DNA of 64,000 nucleotides from Macrostomum hystrix (taxonomy: Eukaryota; Animalia; Platyhelminthes), in contig CATNEN010000011.1 of assembly GCA_950097015.1 (NCBI GenBank), forward strand, positions 2,046,001 through 2,110,000. The letters are read 5' to 3'. Every line of letters begins with the position of its first letter. The stretch's first letter is position 1. Below are positions 23,601-33,166 of the stretch, one piece after another. A model generated the notes under the pieces. It worked only from the letters and a program-made list of their open reading frames with translations. It was not told the origin of the DNA and made no database searches. The position numbers and the translations under genes are program-made.

Positions 23601-26600
23601 CTCCCTTCTTCTCGCCCTTCCCTCCCTTCTTCTCGCCCTTCCCTCCCTTCTTCTCGCCTTTCCTCCCTTCTTCTCGCCTTTCCCACACTACTTCTCAGCC
23701 TTCCCTCCCTTCTTCCCTCTCGCCCTTCCCTCCCTTCTTTTCGCCTTTCCTCCCTTCTTCTCACGCTTCCCACGCTACTTCTCGCACTTCCTCCCTTCTT
23801 CTCGCCCTTCCGTCCTATGTTTTCACCCTTCCCTCCCTTTTTCTCGCCCTTCCCTCCTTTCTTCCCTCCCTTCTTCTCGCCCTTCCCTCCCTTCTTCTCG
23901 CCTTTCCTCCCTTCTTCTCGCCTTTCCCACACTACTTCTCACCCTTCCCTCCCTTCTTTTCGCCTTTCCTCCCTTCTTCTCACGCTTCCCACGCTACTTC
24001 TCGCACTTCCTCCCTTCTTCTCGCCCTTCCGTCCTATGTTTTCACCCTTCCCTCCCTTTTTCTCGCCCTTCCCTCCTTTCTTCCCTCCCTTCTTCTCGCC
24101 CTTCCCTCCCTTCTTCTCGCCTTTCCTCCCTTCTTCTCGCCTTTCCCACACTACTTCTCACCCTTCCCTCCCTTCTTTTCGCCTTTCCTCCCTTCTTCTC
24201 ACGCTTCCCACGCTACTTCTCGCACTTCCTCCCTTCTTCTCGCCCTTCCGTCCTATGTTTTCACCCTTCCCTCCCTTTTTCTCGCCCTTCCCTCCTTTCT
24301 TCCCTCCCTTCTTCTCGCCCTTCCCTCCCTTCTTCTCGCCTTTCCTCCCTTCTTCTCGCCTTTCCCACACTACTTCTCACCCTTCCCTCCCTTCTTTTCG
24401 CCTTTCCTCCCTTCTTCTCACGCTTCCCACGCTACTTCTCGCACTTCCTCCCTTCTTCTCGCCCTTCCGTCCTATGTTTTCACCCTTCCCTCCCTTTTTC
24501 TCGCCCTTCCCTCCTTTCTTCCCTCCCTTCTTCTCGCCCTTCCCACACTACTTCTCACCGTTCCCTCCCTTCTTCTCGCCATTCCCTCCCTTCTTCTCGC
24601 CCTTCCCACACTATTTCTCACCCTTCCCTCCCTTCTTCTCGCCGTTCCTTCCCTTCTTCTCGCCATTCCCTCCCTTCTTCTCGCCCTTCCCACGCTACTT
24701 CTCACCCTTCCCTTCCTTTTTCCCTCTCTTCTTCTCGCCCTTCCCACACTATTTCTCACCCTTCCTTCCCTTCTTCTCGCCGTTCCTTCCCTTCTTCTCG
24801 CCTTTCCCACACTTCTTCCTACTCTTGCCTCTCTTCTTCTCACCCTTCCCACACTTCTTCCCACCCTTCCCTCTCTTCTCGCTCTTCCCTCTCTTCTTCT
24901 CGCCCTTCCCTCCCTTCTTTACGCCCTTCCCTCCCTTCTTCCTATATTATCTGCTGTTATATTTGCCTGGCCAGTCACCAATAAGCCAGCATTGACTAGC
25001 CGCAGCCGTTTCCCAATGACAGTGCGGCCAGCCGATGCAGCAGGCTCGCTGTGCAGACTGCGGCAGCGCCATAGGCGGTCAGAACCACCAGCTGGTGGCG
25101 GGCAACGCGGGCTACCAGGCCGCTGACAGAACTCAGCGCGGCTTCGTGCCGGCGATGGACCAGAACCGGCCGGAACCGGTTCGCCAGCTGTCGGCGGGCG
25201 GGGTGGCGCTGCTTCGATCGCTGCAGTCGCTGGCGATGCTGCTAGCGCGTCAACCGGCTCAGCAGTTTCTCGTAGAGTTCCGCACCGGCCTGACGATGTT
25301 CGGCCGAGCCACGGGCCGCAGCGAGGAGGATGCGGCCCACGCCCTGCACCTCCTGCTGCTTCGCTGCCTGTCGGTCCCCGCCGCCGCCGCAGCGTTCAAC
25401 CTCGGCAGCAATGACGGACGTCGCGAGTTCGAACATCGCATCGAGACCCGCCTCCTGCGGCCTCTGCTGGACAATCTGACCGCCTGGCTTCAACAATCGA
25501 ACCGTGTCGTTGGCCAGGACGACCTTGGCCGCACCTCCGAGCTGGTCCGCCTGGTTCAGGAAACCTCCGAGCTGGACCGTCAGCAGGCTCATGAAGGACA
25601 GCTGTGGCGCTTCCGTCAGGTCATCTCCGTTGAGCACGCCGTGCAGACGTTCCGGGAGCTCGGCGCCGAGCAGAAGACCAGACACGCCCTCATCGAAGCC
25701 GTCACTCGCTGGGAATTCGCTCTGCGCCACGTCAGGGCCCTGCCAGACCTGCTGCAGCTGGTCAAGGACCTGGTGGCCACCTGGAAGCTCAACTTGTCTA
25801 CCAAAGATGCCAAGAATCATAGCGTCCAGTCCCTGCTTAGGAATGACAGGTTGGCAGGCTTTAGTCTGTGCTCATTGACTGTGCTCAGTGACTGCTCAAT
25901 GACTGCGTGCTCAGTGGCTGTGCTCAATGACTGTGTGCTAAGTGGCTGTGTTGAATGACTGTGTGCTCAATGACTGTGTGCTCAGTGACTGTGCTCAATG
26001 ACTGTGTGCTCAGTGACTGCTCAATGACTGCGTGCTCAGTGGCTGTGCTCAATGACTGTGTGCTAAGTGGCTGTGTTGAATGACTGTGTGCTCAGTGACT
26101 GTGCTCAATGACTGCGTGCTCAGTGACTGTGCTCAGTGACTGTGCTCAATGACTGTGTGCTAAGTGGCTGTGTTGAATGACTGTGTGCTCAATGACTGTG
26201 TGCTCAATGACTGTGTGCTCAGTGACTGTGCTCAATGACTGCGTGCTCAGTGACTGTGCTCAGTGACTGTGCTCAGTGACTGTGCTCAATGACTGCGTGC
26301 TCAGTGACTGTGCTCAGTGACTGTGCTCAGTGACTGTGCTCAATTACTGTGTGCTCAATGACTGTGTGCTCAATGACTGTGTGCTCAGTGGCTTTGCTCA
26401 ATGACTGCGTGCTCAGTGACTGTGCTCAGTGACTGTGCTCAGTGACTGTGCTCTGTGACTGTGCGTTTAGTGTCGGGTCATTGACGGTAGGTTTAGTGAC
26501 TGTGAGGTTGGGGTCAGGGTTGGAACTTAAGTTATTATTAACTTACTGAAGTTAATGATTGTTCTATTCCTAGAATTAAACGTACAGTACAGTATGATAC

Positions 26601-28322
26601 AACGTATCAGAAAAATGTGACAATATTCTAATACTCTACTACAGTGAGTAGTTAATACGCTTATTCCCAATCGAATTATTTCCGCAGGTTTGAGGCCGGA
26701 GTTCGAGTCTTCCAGCGCACCTGGGAGGCTCTCCGTGGTCACCTGGCTGGCAGGGGAGCCAGATTTCCTGAAGCCGTCTTCCCCATTACGCTGCACATAA
26801 ATCCCTTTGAGGACATGAGACTGGCTGCTCTTTTGCCCCATCGGGGTGTCTGGGGCCGCTGCATTGTGGGCCTGGTGCAGCTGCTGATGGAAGGCCAGAA
26901 TGCCGTTCTGGAGGCCAGCAAGATTCAGTGCGACGAGATCGACGTCTGCCAGGTTTGGGTCGCGTATTTGCGTTTAATAAACCTTTGCAGTGACGCAAGC
27001 TTTTTCAACTCAAAATTATATTTTCCGTCATATGCTTCCAGGCTACTAACAAGTAGGCTAGTTGCGCATTTTGCAAGTATAATTTCAAGTTAAGATTCCT
27101 TTCAGACTACTATCAAGTAGGCTAGCTGCGCATTTTGCAAGTATAATTTCAAGTTAAGATTCCTTTCAGACTACTATCAAGTAGGTTAGTTGTGCATTTT
27201 AATACCATAATTTATGTTTCGAATTTCCGATGGCACCGCAGGCGGACACAGCCTCGATGATCGCGTACGACCCGGACGCGGACCTGCTGCCAGTCTTGCT
27301 GGCTAATTGTGCCTACTCCCTGCGTCCCGGCCAGGGCTGCCGGGTGGACTACAACTTCGCCGGCCTGCAGCAGCAACTAGCTGAGCTGCTGGTGCGAGGC
27401 AAACTCAAGCTGACTGGCCACCTACCGGAGATGCTCTATAAGGAAGAGTTTAACCTGATGGAGCAGTTCCAGCTGCTGGACAAGGTAAGCTGCTGCTGAA
27501 AACCTATTTCGGGCTGCTAAGATGGTCATTGAGCTAGTTACAGCCAGTTACAGCCCGTTACAGCCAGTTAAAGCTAGTTAAAGCCAGTTACAGCCCGTTA
27601 CAACCAGTTACAACTACTTGTAGTTACAGCTAGTTACAACCAGTTAGAGCTAGTTACAGCCAGTTACAGCCAATTACAAATAGTTACAGCCAGTTACAGC
27701 AGTCCCATCCCCTTCCCAGGCGGTGCCGCAGCGCGCTACTCCGAGCAGCTCGGCAGTTGCCCACGCGCTCAGCTCGGATCTGCCCAGCAGTACTCCCGTC
27801 ATCACTTCGCTGCTGGAGGAGCTGCTGCCGCCGACCGTCAGCTTCCTGACTTCGCTGGCGCCGCAGGACCGGTCGCAGCTGCTGCACGACTTCATGACGA
27901 AGTCGCTGCGGATGCCGCACGGCCTGCCGGAGCCGCTGCGCCGCTGCGTCACCATCGACCACGCCCGCCTGCTGTGGCTCGCGCTGGACCGTCTGCGCTG
28001 CCAGCAGCTCGCTGACGATGGCTTCGAGCCGTTCCGCGACTGTCCAGGCCTCGAGGCGGCTCCGCTGGAGCCTCGGCTGAGCCGCCTGCTGCCCTGCGAC
28101 CTTCGCAACCGGCGCAGCCTCCTGCTGGAGCGGCTGCACAGCCTGCTGAAGCTGCAGCTGGCCAGCAGGTCGGACCTGCTCGACCTGCCGCTCTCCGAGA
28201 TCGCCCTCATCTACACCGAATACGAAGGCGTCTTCGATGACTTCAACGACCAGCTGCTCTGCAGGCACGCCGCCGCCATCTGGACGGCCACCTTCTCGTG
28301 TGAGGAATTGCGCGGCGATTGA
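2659..28322 (+). CDS. RNF213: RNF213/mysterin-like giant AAA+ ATPase / E3 ubiquitin ligase, 22 exons, ~5435 aa
   Basis: Exons read by hand, all GT-AG and phase-consistent: 2659-5421, 5539-5786, 5891-6139, 6246(or 6234)-6450, 6573-6914, 7008-7118, 7205-7339, 7425-7620, 9691-9993, 10061-17146, 17213-17375, 17475-18126, 18648-18965, 19064-19170, 20510-21074, 22024-22530, 22936-23320, 23419-23453, 25023-25849, 26688-26952, 27242-27484, 27720-28322. The sum is 16308 nt, divisible by 3. In-frame TAG at 2641 lies upstream of the ATG. RNF213 hallmarks: N-terminal KFCSQC zinc ribbon; Walker A SGMGKS (~12724), GETGCGKT (13918-13941) with ILFFDE, and GKPGSSKS (14941-14964) with VVILDE; SNWALDPAKMNRG; IPLINRLEKH; RING (exon 15); RZ finger (exons 17-19). 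Confidence 0.95.
3304..3910 (+). repeat. Coding 45-nt tandem repeat (QDQP[L/P]QHGSQMSTVP, ~13.5 copies) in RNF213 exon 1
   Basis: Unit cagcatggctctcagatgtccaccgttccacaggaccagcctc(c/t)g; nearly identical copies, all in frame. Confidence 0.95.
8121..8228 (+). repeat. 52-bp direct tandem duplication inside the intron-8 element
   Basis: ggccaaataaatggctccgccaataggaaagcaagattcatttatctgg at 8121 and 8173. Confidence 0.9.
8528..9097 (-). pseudogene. Truncated Crypton-type tyrosine recombinase ORF (DNA-binding half only)
   Basis: 189-aa ORF; family similarity ends at GVFGS, after which the sequence is unrelated and a stop follows. Confidence 0.75.
10061..17146 (+). CDS. RNF213: RNF213 giant exon 10 (7086 nt) encoding stalk and dynein-like AAA+ core
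   Basis: Acceptor ttccag at 10060 and donor AG|GTAAGC at 17147. Lies within the 2372-aa ORF carrying the Walker A/B motifs. Confidence 0.95.
18150..18595 (+). repeat. 20-bp minisatellite (aacaggaaggtttcctgtct), ~20 copies, RNF213 intron 12
   Basis: Period visible directly; the unit is self-complementary (acaggaa/ttcctgt). Confidence 0.95.
19243..20322 (+). repeat. 21-bp purine-rich minisatellite (gagagagatgagacatgg[c/a]tg), ~51 copies, RNF213 intron 14
   Basis: Direct periodicity; followed by an (AAT)n-like tract. Confidence 0.95.
20510..21074 (+). CDS. RNF213: RNF213 exon 15 containing a variant RING finger
   Basis: CPTC-x11-CNDRLCRTC-x23-CPAC; acceptor ttgcag at 20509 and donor GTAAGC at 21075. 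Confidence 0.9.
21118..21975 (+). repeat. 60-bp minisatellite, ~14 copies, RNF213 intron 15
   Basis: Identical 60-nt lines at 21421-21780 (gggacagaggggcaggcaacaaccaccccaaaacacgcattctaaagtcgcgtgatcagc). Confidence 0.95.
22563..22895 (+). repeat. 19-bp minisatellite with two variant blocks, RNF213 intron 16
   Basis: gtgtccatagtgttagagg copies followed by gtgtccacagtgctgcagg copies. Confidence 0.9.
23419..23453 (+). CDS. RNF213: 35-nt micro-exon of RNF213 encoding (A)CPNGHPYYVAN, first half of the RZ finger
   Basis: tattgcag|CTTGCCCGAACGGACATCCGTACTATGTGGCGAAT|gtgagt. It bridges the phase-1 donor at 23321 to the phase-0 acceptor at 25022. Confidence 0.93.
23560..24945 (+). repeat. Polypyrimidine array (~21-bp cttcttctcgcccttccctcc-like monomers) with a 219-bp higher-order period, RNF213 intron 18
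   Basis: Almost entirely C/T on the + strand. Identical antisense ORFs recur at 23939-24151 and 24158-24370 (offset 219). Confidence 0.9.
25865..26465 (+). repeat. Mixed 13-15-bp minisatellite (ctca[a/g]tgactg(tg)tg), RNF213 intron 19
   Basis: Direct inspection. Confidence 0.9.
27043..27200 (+). repeat. 64-bp tandem repeat, ~2.5 copies, RNF213 intron 20
   Basis: ctact...aagtagg.tag.tgcgcattttgcaagtataatttcaagttaagattcctttcaga starting at 27043, 27107 and 27171. Confidence 0.9.
27535..27700 (+). repeat. 10-bp minisatellite (cagccagtta), RNF213 intron 21
   Basis: Direct inspection. Confidence 0.85.
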
Positions 28323-29031
28323 AGAGCGTTGATTAAATTTCGCACTATGCCCTACTCGACTCGTGTTGGACAGTAGACTAGTGAGGACATTTTTCCCTTT
28401 TTTCTGTGGACAAGTTTGTTACTTTTTTTAACTTGAATTAAAATTTTGACATGGTTTGAAAATAAGTTCCATATATATTTTTAATCTATCGTGTTTACTT
28501 AATGCGGCACTCCGATTGCACTGTAATATTTTATATGAAATTTATTGGAATGTCTATTAATTAAATAGTTTATTTATAAAATAGATGAATACACACAAAA
28601 TAATACTTGCAAGGCTCAGTAGTGTGGTTGGAGTGTCTCAGACCCGGTTTTTATCACGTTGCCACTTTTCAAATATATAATTTTAGACTAATAGCTATTT
28701 TCTGTCGTTTTGAAAAAACTTTCAGCAATACCAAATTTTTCATCTTTTTTATAATTTACCGTTTTTAATTCCAAAATTATGTCTGTTAAAGTGAATACTT
28801 ATTTCCACATCTTCACACTTGATTTGCTGGTTCGGAATAATATCTATATATACGTATAATACTTTACTGTGGCGAATCTTTCAGTCACAATTATTTAGTA
28901 TGCTATCCAGTTGTTTCTAAAGACACTAACTATTTTCACATTTGTAAGAAAAATACATTTCTTTTGTTTTCTTCAGTTTTCTTTTGTCTTGTGGCTAACA
29001 TCTGACTAGAAGGTCGGCAGTTCGAATCTTA

Positions 29032-32000
29032 GTGTTGTGTCATTGTGAGTGTCTGCAGTCTGTTGTGTCAGTGTGAGTAGCTGCAGTCTGATGTGTCGGT
29101 GTGAGTAGCTGCAGTCTGTTGTGTCATTGTGAGTGTCTGCAGTCTGTTGTGTCAGTGTGAGTGTCTGCAGTCTGTTGTGTCAGTGTGAGTGTCTGCAGTC
29201 TGTTGTGTCAGTGTGAGTAGCTGTTGTGTCAGTGTGAGTAGCTGCAGTCTGATGTGTCAGTGTGAGTAGCTGCAGTCTGATGTGTCAGTGTGAGTAGCTG
29301 CAGTCTGATGTGTGAGTGTGAGTAGCTGCAGTCTGATGTGTCAGTGTGAGTAGCTGCAGTCTGATGTGTCAGTGTGAGTAGCTGCAGTCTGATGTGTCAG
29401 TGTGAGTAGCTGCAGTCTGATGTGTGAGTGTGAGTAGCTGCAGTCTGATGTGTGAGTGTGAGTAGCTGCAGTCTGATGTGTCAGTGTGAGTAGCTGCAGT
29501 CTGTTGTGTCAGTGTGAGTAGATGCAGTCTGATGTGTCAGCGTGAGTAGCTGCAGTCTGATGTGTCAGTGTGAGTAGCTGCAGTCTGATGTGTCAGTGTG
29601 AGTAGCTGCAGTCTGATGTGTCAGTGTGAGTGTCTGCAGTCTGATGTGTGAGTGTGAGTAGCTGCAGTCTGATGTGTGAGTGTGAGTAGCTGCAGTCTGA
29701 TGTGTCAGTGTGAGTAGCTGCAGTCTGATGTGTGAGTGTGAGTAGCTGCAGTCTGATGTGTCAGTGTGAGTAGCTGCAGTCTGATGTGTCAGTGTGAGTA
29801 GCTGCAGTCTGATGTGTCAGTGTGAGTAGCTGCAGTCTGTTGTGTCAGTGTGAGTAGATGCAGTCTGATGTGTCAGCGTGAGTAGCTGCAGTCTGATGTG
29901 TCAGTGTGAGTAGCTGCAGTCTGATGTGTCAGTGTGAGTAGCTGCAGTCTGATGTGTCAGTGTGAGTAGCTGCAGTCTGATGTGTGAGTGTGAGTAGCTG
30001 CAGTCTGATGTGTGAGTGTGAGTAGCTGCAGTCTGATGTGTCAGTGTGAGTAGCTGCAGTCTGTTGTGTCAGTGTGAGTAGATGCAGTCTGATGTGTCAG
30101 CGTGAGTAGCTGCAGTCTGATGTGTCAGTGTGAGTAGCTGCAGTCTGTTGTGTCAGTGTGAGTAGCTGCAGTCTGATGTGTCAGTGTGAGTAGCTGCAGT
30201 CTGATGTGTCAGTGTGAGTAGCTGCAGTCTGATGTGTGAGTGTGAGTAGCTGCAGTCTGATGTGTCAGTGTGAGTAGCTGCAGTCTGATGTGTGAGTGTG
30301 AGTAGCTGCAGTCTGATGTGTGAGTGTGAGTAGCTGCAGTCTGATGTGTCAGTGTGAGTAGCTGCAGTCTGATGTGTCAGTGTGAGTAGCTGCAGTCTGA
30401 TGTGTCAGTGTGAGTAGCTGCAGTCTGTTGTGTCAGTGTGAGTAGATGCAGTCTGATGTGTCAGCGTGAGTAGCTGCAGTCTGATGTGTCAGTGTGAGTA
30501 GCTGCAGTCTGATGTGTCAGTGTGAGTAGCTGCAGTCTGATGTGTCAGTGTGAGTAGCTGCAGTCTGATGTGTCAGTGTGAGTAGCTGCAGTCTGATGTG
30601 TGAGTGTGAGTAGCTGTAGTCTGATGTGTCAGTGTGAGTAGCTGCAGTCTGATGTGTCAGTGTGAGTAGCTGCAGTCTGATGTGTCAGTGTGAGTAGCTG
30701 CAGTCTGTTGTGGCAGTGTGAGTAGCTGCAGTCTGATGTGTCAGTGTGAGTGTCTGCAGTCTGATGTGTCAGTGTGAGTAGCTGCAGTCTGATGTGTCAG
30801 TGTGAGTGTCTGCAGTCTGATGTGTCAGTGTGAGTGTCTGCAGTCTGATGTGTCAGTGTGAGTGTCTGCAGTCTGTTGTGGCAGTGTGAGTAGCTGCAGT
30901 CTGATGTGTCAGTGTGAGTGTCTGCAGTCTGATGTGTCAGTGTGAGTGTCTGCAGTCTGATGTGTCAGTGTGAGTGTCTGCAGTCTGTTGTGGCAGTGTG
31001 AGTAGCTGCAGTCTGATGTGTGAGTGTGAGTAGCTGCAGTCTGATGTGTCAGTGTGAGTAGCTGCAGTCTGATGTGTGAGTGTGAGTAGCTGTAGTCTGA
31101 TGTGTCAGTGTGAGTAGCTGCAGTCTGATGTGTCAGTGTGAGTAGCTGCAGTCTGATGTGTCAGTGTGAGTAGCTGCAGTCTGTTGTGGCAGTGTGAGTA
31201 GCTGCAGTCTGATGTGTCAGTGTGAGTGTCTGCAGTCTGATGTGTCAGTGTGAGTAGCTGCAGTCTGGTGTGTCAGTGTGAGTGTCTGCAGTCTGATTTG
31301 TCAGTGTGAGTGTCTGCAGTCTGATGTGTCAGTGTGAGTAGCTGCAGTCTGGTGTGTCAGTGTGAGTGTCTGCAGTCTGATGTGTCAGTGTGAGTAGCTG
31401 CAGTCTGATGTGTGAGTGTGAGTGTCTGCAGTCTGATGTGTCAGTGTGAGTAGCTGCAGTCTGATGTGTCAGTGTGAGTAGCTGCAGTCTGATGTGTCAG
31501 TGTGAGTAGCTGCAGTCTGATGTGTGAGTGTGAGTAGCTGCAGTCTGATGTGTGAGTGTGAGTAGCTGCAGTCTGATGTGTGAGTGTGAGTGTCTGCAGT
31601 CTGATGTGTGAGTGTGAGTGTCTGCAGTCTGATGTGTCAGTGTGAGTAGCTGCAGTCTGATGTGTCAGTGTGAGTAGCTGCAGTCTGATGTGTGAGTGTG
31701 AGTGTCTGCAGTCTGATGTGTCAGTGTGAGTAGCTGCAGTCTGATGTGTCAGTGTGAGTAGCTGCAGTCTGATGTGTCAGTGTGAGTAGCTGCAGTCTGA
31801 TGTGTCAGTGTGAGTGTCTGCAGTCTGATGTGTCAGTGTGAGTGTCTGCAGTCTGATGTGTGAGTGTGAGTAGCTGCAGTCTGATGTGTCAGTGTGAGTA
31901 GCTGCAGTCTGATGTGTCAGTGTGAGTAGCTGCAGTCTGATGTGTCAGTGTGAGTAGCTGCAGTCTGATGTGTCAGTGTGAGTAGCTGCAGTCTGATGTG

Positions 32001-32175
32001 TCAGTGTGAGTAGCTGCAGTCTGATGTGTCAGTGTGAGTAGCTGCAGTCTGATGTGTCAGTGTGAGTAGCTGCAGTCTGATGTGTCAGTGTGAGTAGCTG
32101 CAGTCTGATGTGTCAGTGTGAGTAGCTGCAGTCTGATGTGTCAGTGTGAGTAGCTGCAGTCTGATGTGTCAGTGG
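29032..32175 (+). repeat. 3.1-kb satellite, 28-bp unit gtgtgagtagctgcagtctgatgtgtca, ~112 copies, intergenic
   Basis: Direct periodicity with a few recurrent variants (tgtc/tagc, tga/tca, gtt/gat). Confidence 0.97.
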
Positions 32176-32332
32176 GTTAGTTGTATATTTTTAGCGAGTC
32201 CTGTTTGAAGAAGAATCTGAATAAAACAAAGGCCATTTTCTTACTATTATAGGCATAAAATGTATTTTTACACGCCAACTGGCATCAGCAACAGGGGAAG
32301 CATGCCAGTGATGGTGAGTCAGTGGTGTCCTA

Positions 32333-32749
32333 TCAGTAGTGAAACACTCCGAATGCCACAGCCACGCAGAACAGGCTGTCGTTCATGAAGATGTCCTGCA
32401 CATAGTTGTCACTGTCGCTGTCCCACATGCAGCGGCAGGCCATCTTGACGCCCTGACCTCGTTGCTCTCCGATGGCCACCTGTACCACAAATTTGTATCG
32501 CTGCAGGCCGTGAGCTCTCAGCTTCGTTTTGATCTCGTCCGTGAGCTCCTTGCACAGGCTGCTGCTGGTCTCCTTGTCGTAGGTTTTTCCTTCCAGTCGT
32601 TCGACCAGCACTTTGTGAATGGTGGTCTGGGCTAGGAGCGGACGAAATTTGTTCTCAAAGTTGGGCCGTATGATGTAGGTGTGGGCAGCCTCCTCCACCT
32701 GCTTCTTCTGCTGCTGAAGCTGCTCTGTTGCCAATGACTCGTTTTGCAT
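32333..32749 (-). CDS. DYNLT2B: Tctex1 domain-containing protein 2 (dynein-2 light chain), single exon, 138 aa
   Basis: TYIIRPNF..KFRP, RYKFVVQVAIGEQRGQGV, CRCMWDSDSDNY..DIFMNDSLFCVAVAFG are diagnostic of TCTEX1D2/DYNLT2B. Confidence 0.93.
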   Translation of the reverse strand: MQNESLATEQLQQQKKQVEEAAHTYIIRPNFENKFRPLLAQTTIHKVLVERLEGKTYDKETSSSLCKELTDEIKTKLRAHGLQRYKFVVQVAIGEQRGQGVKMACRCMWDSDSDNYVQDIFMNDSLFCVAVAFGVFHY

Positions 32750-32898
32750 AGTGGAGTCTCGAGGCTTTGCTAAGCTTGGAATGCGAAACTGCTATCTTAG
32801 CTTAGTTTCTGTTCTAACAGTTGTTATATTGAAGTCTCTCAGCCCACAGTGGGTAAGAATGTACATTCGGACTTGGGTAATGTACACCTGAGCTGCAA

Positions 32899-32912
32899 GT
32901 TGTCATGACAGC
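32899..32912. promoter_or_regulatory. RFX X-box-like motif GTTGTCATGACAGC
   Basis: Near-palindromic match to the X-box GTTRCCATGGYAAC, 150 bp upstream of the DYNLT2B ATG in the shared spacer. Confidence 0.6.
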
Positions 32913-33026
32913 AGGTGAGACAGGAAAGGTAGGCAGAGAGAGGCAGCGGAGGGCAAGGCAGAAACAGGTTGAAAGAGAATAGTTTTGAGTACAGCAATTG
33001 TGCATAGCAAGGGAGCGTGAGCAAGC

Positions 33027-33040
33027 GTTGCCATGGACTC
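33027..33040. promoter_or_regulatory. RFX X-box-like motif GTTGCCATGGACTC
   Basis: Perfect GTTGCCATGG half plus a degenerate second half, ~127 bp upstream of the ENO4 ATG. Confidence 0.5.
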
Positions 33041-33166
33041 TCTTCTCTCTCTTCAACACTCTCCAGTCTCTATTGCAATGAGCTGAGTTTCCAGGTGTAA
33101 AATAGCTTCAGTATTAACAAACTGACTGTTCTGTTTGGAAGACTTTCGGTCGGCCAGCCAGAAGCC

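Noticed and set aside
23201-25126. 641-aa and other Pro/Phe/Leu/Ser-rich ORFs
   Set aside because: Translations of the polypyrimidine intron; only 23419-23453 and 25023 onward are exonic.
29032-32175. Possible CRISPR array (also the 34-bp arrays at 51870-53680 and 56150-57290)
   Set aside because: Units are head-to-tail with no unique spacers, there are no cas genes, and the context is eukaryotic.
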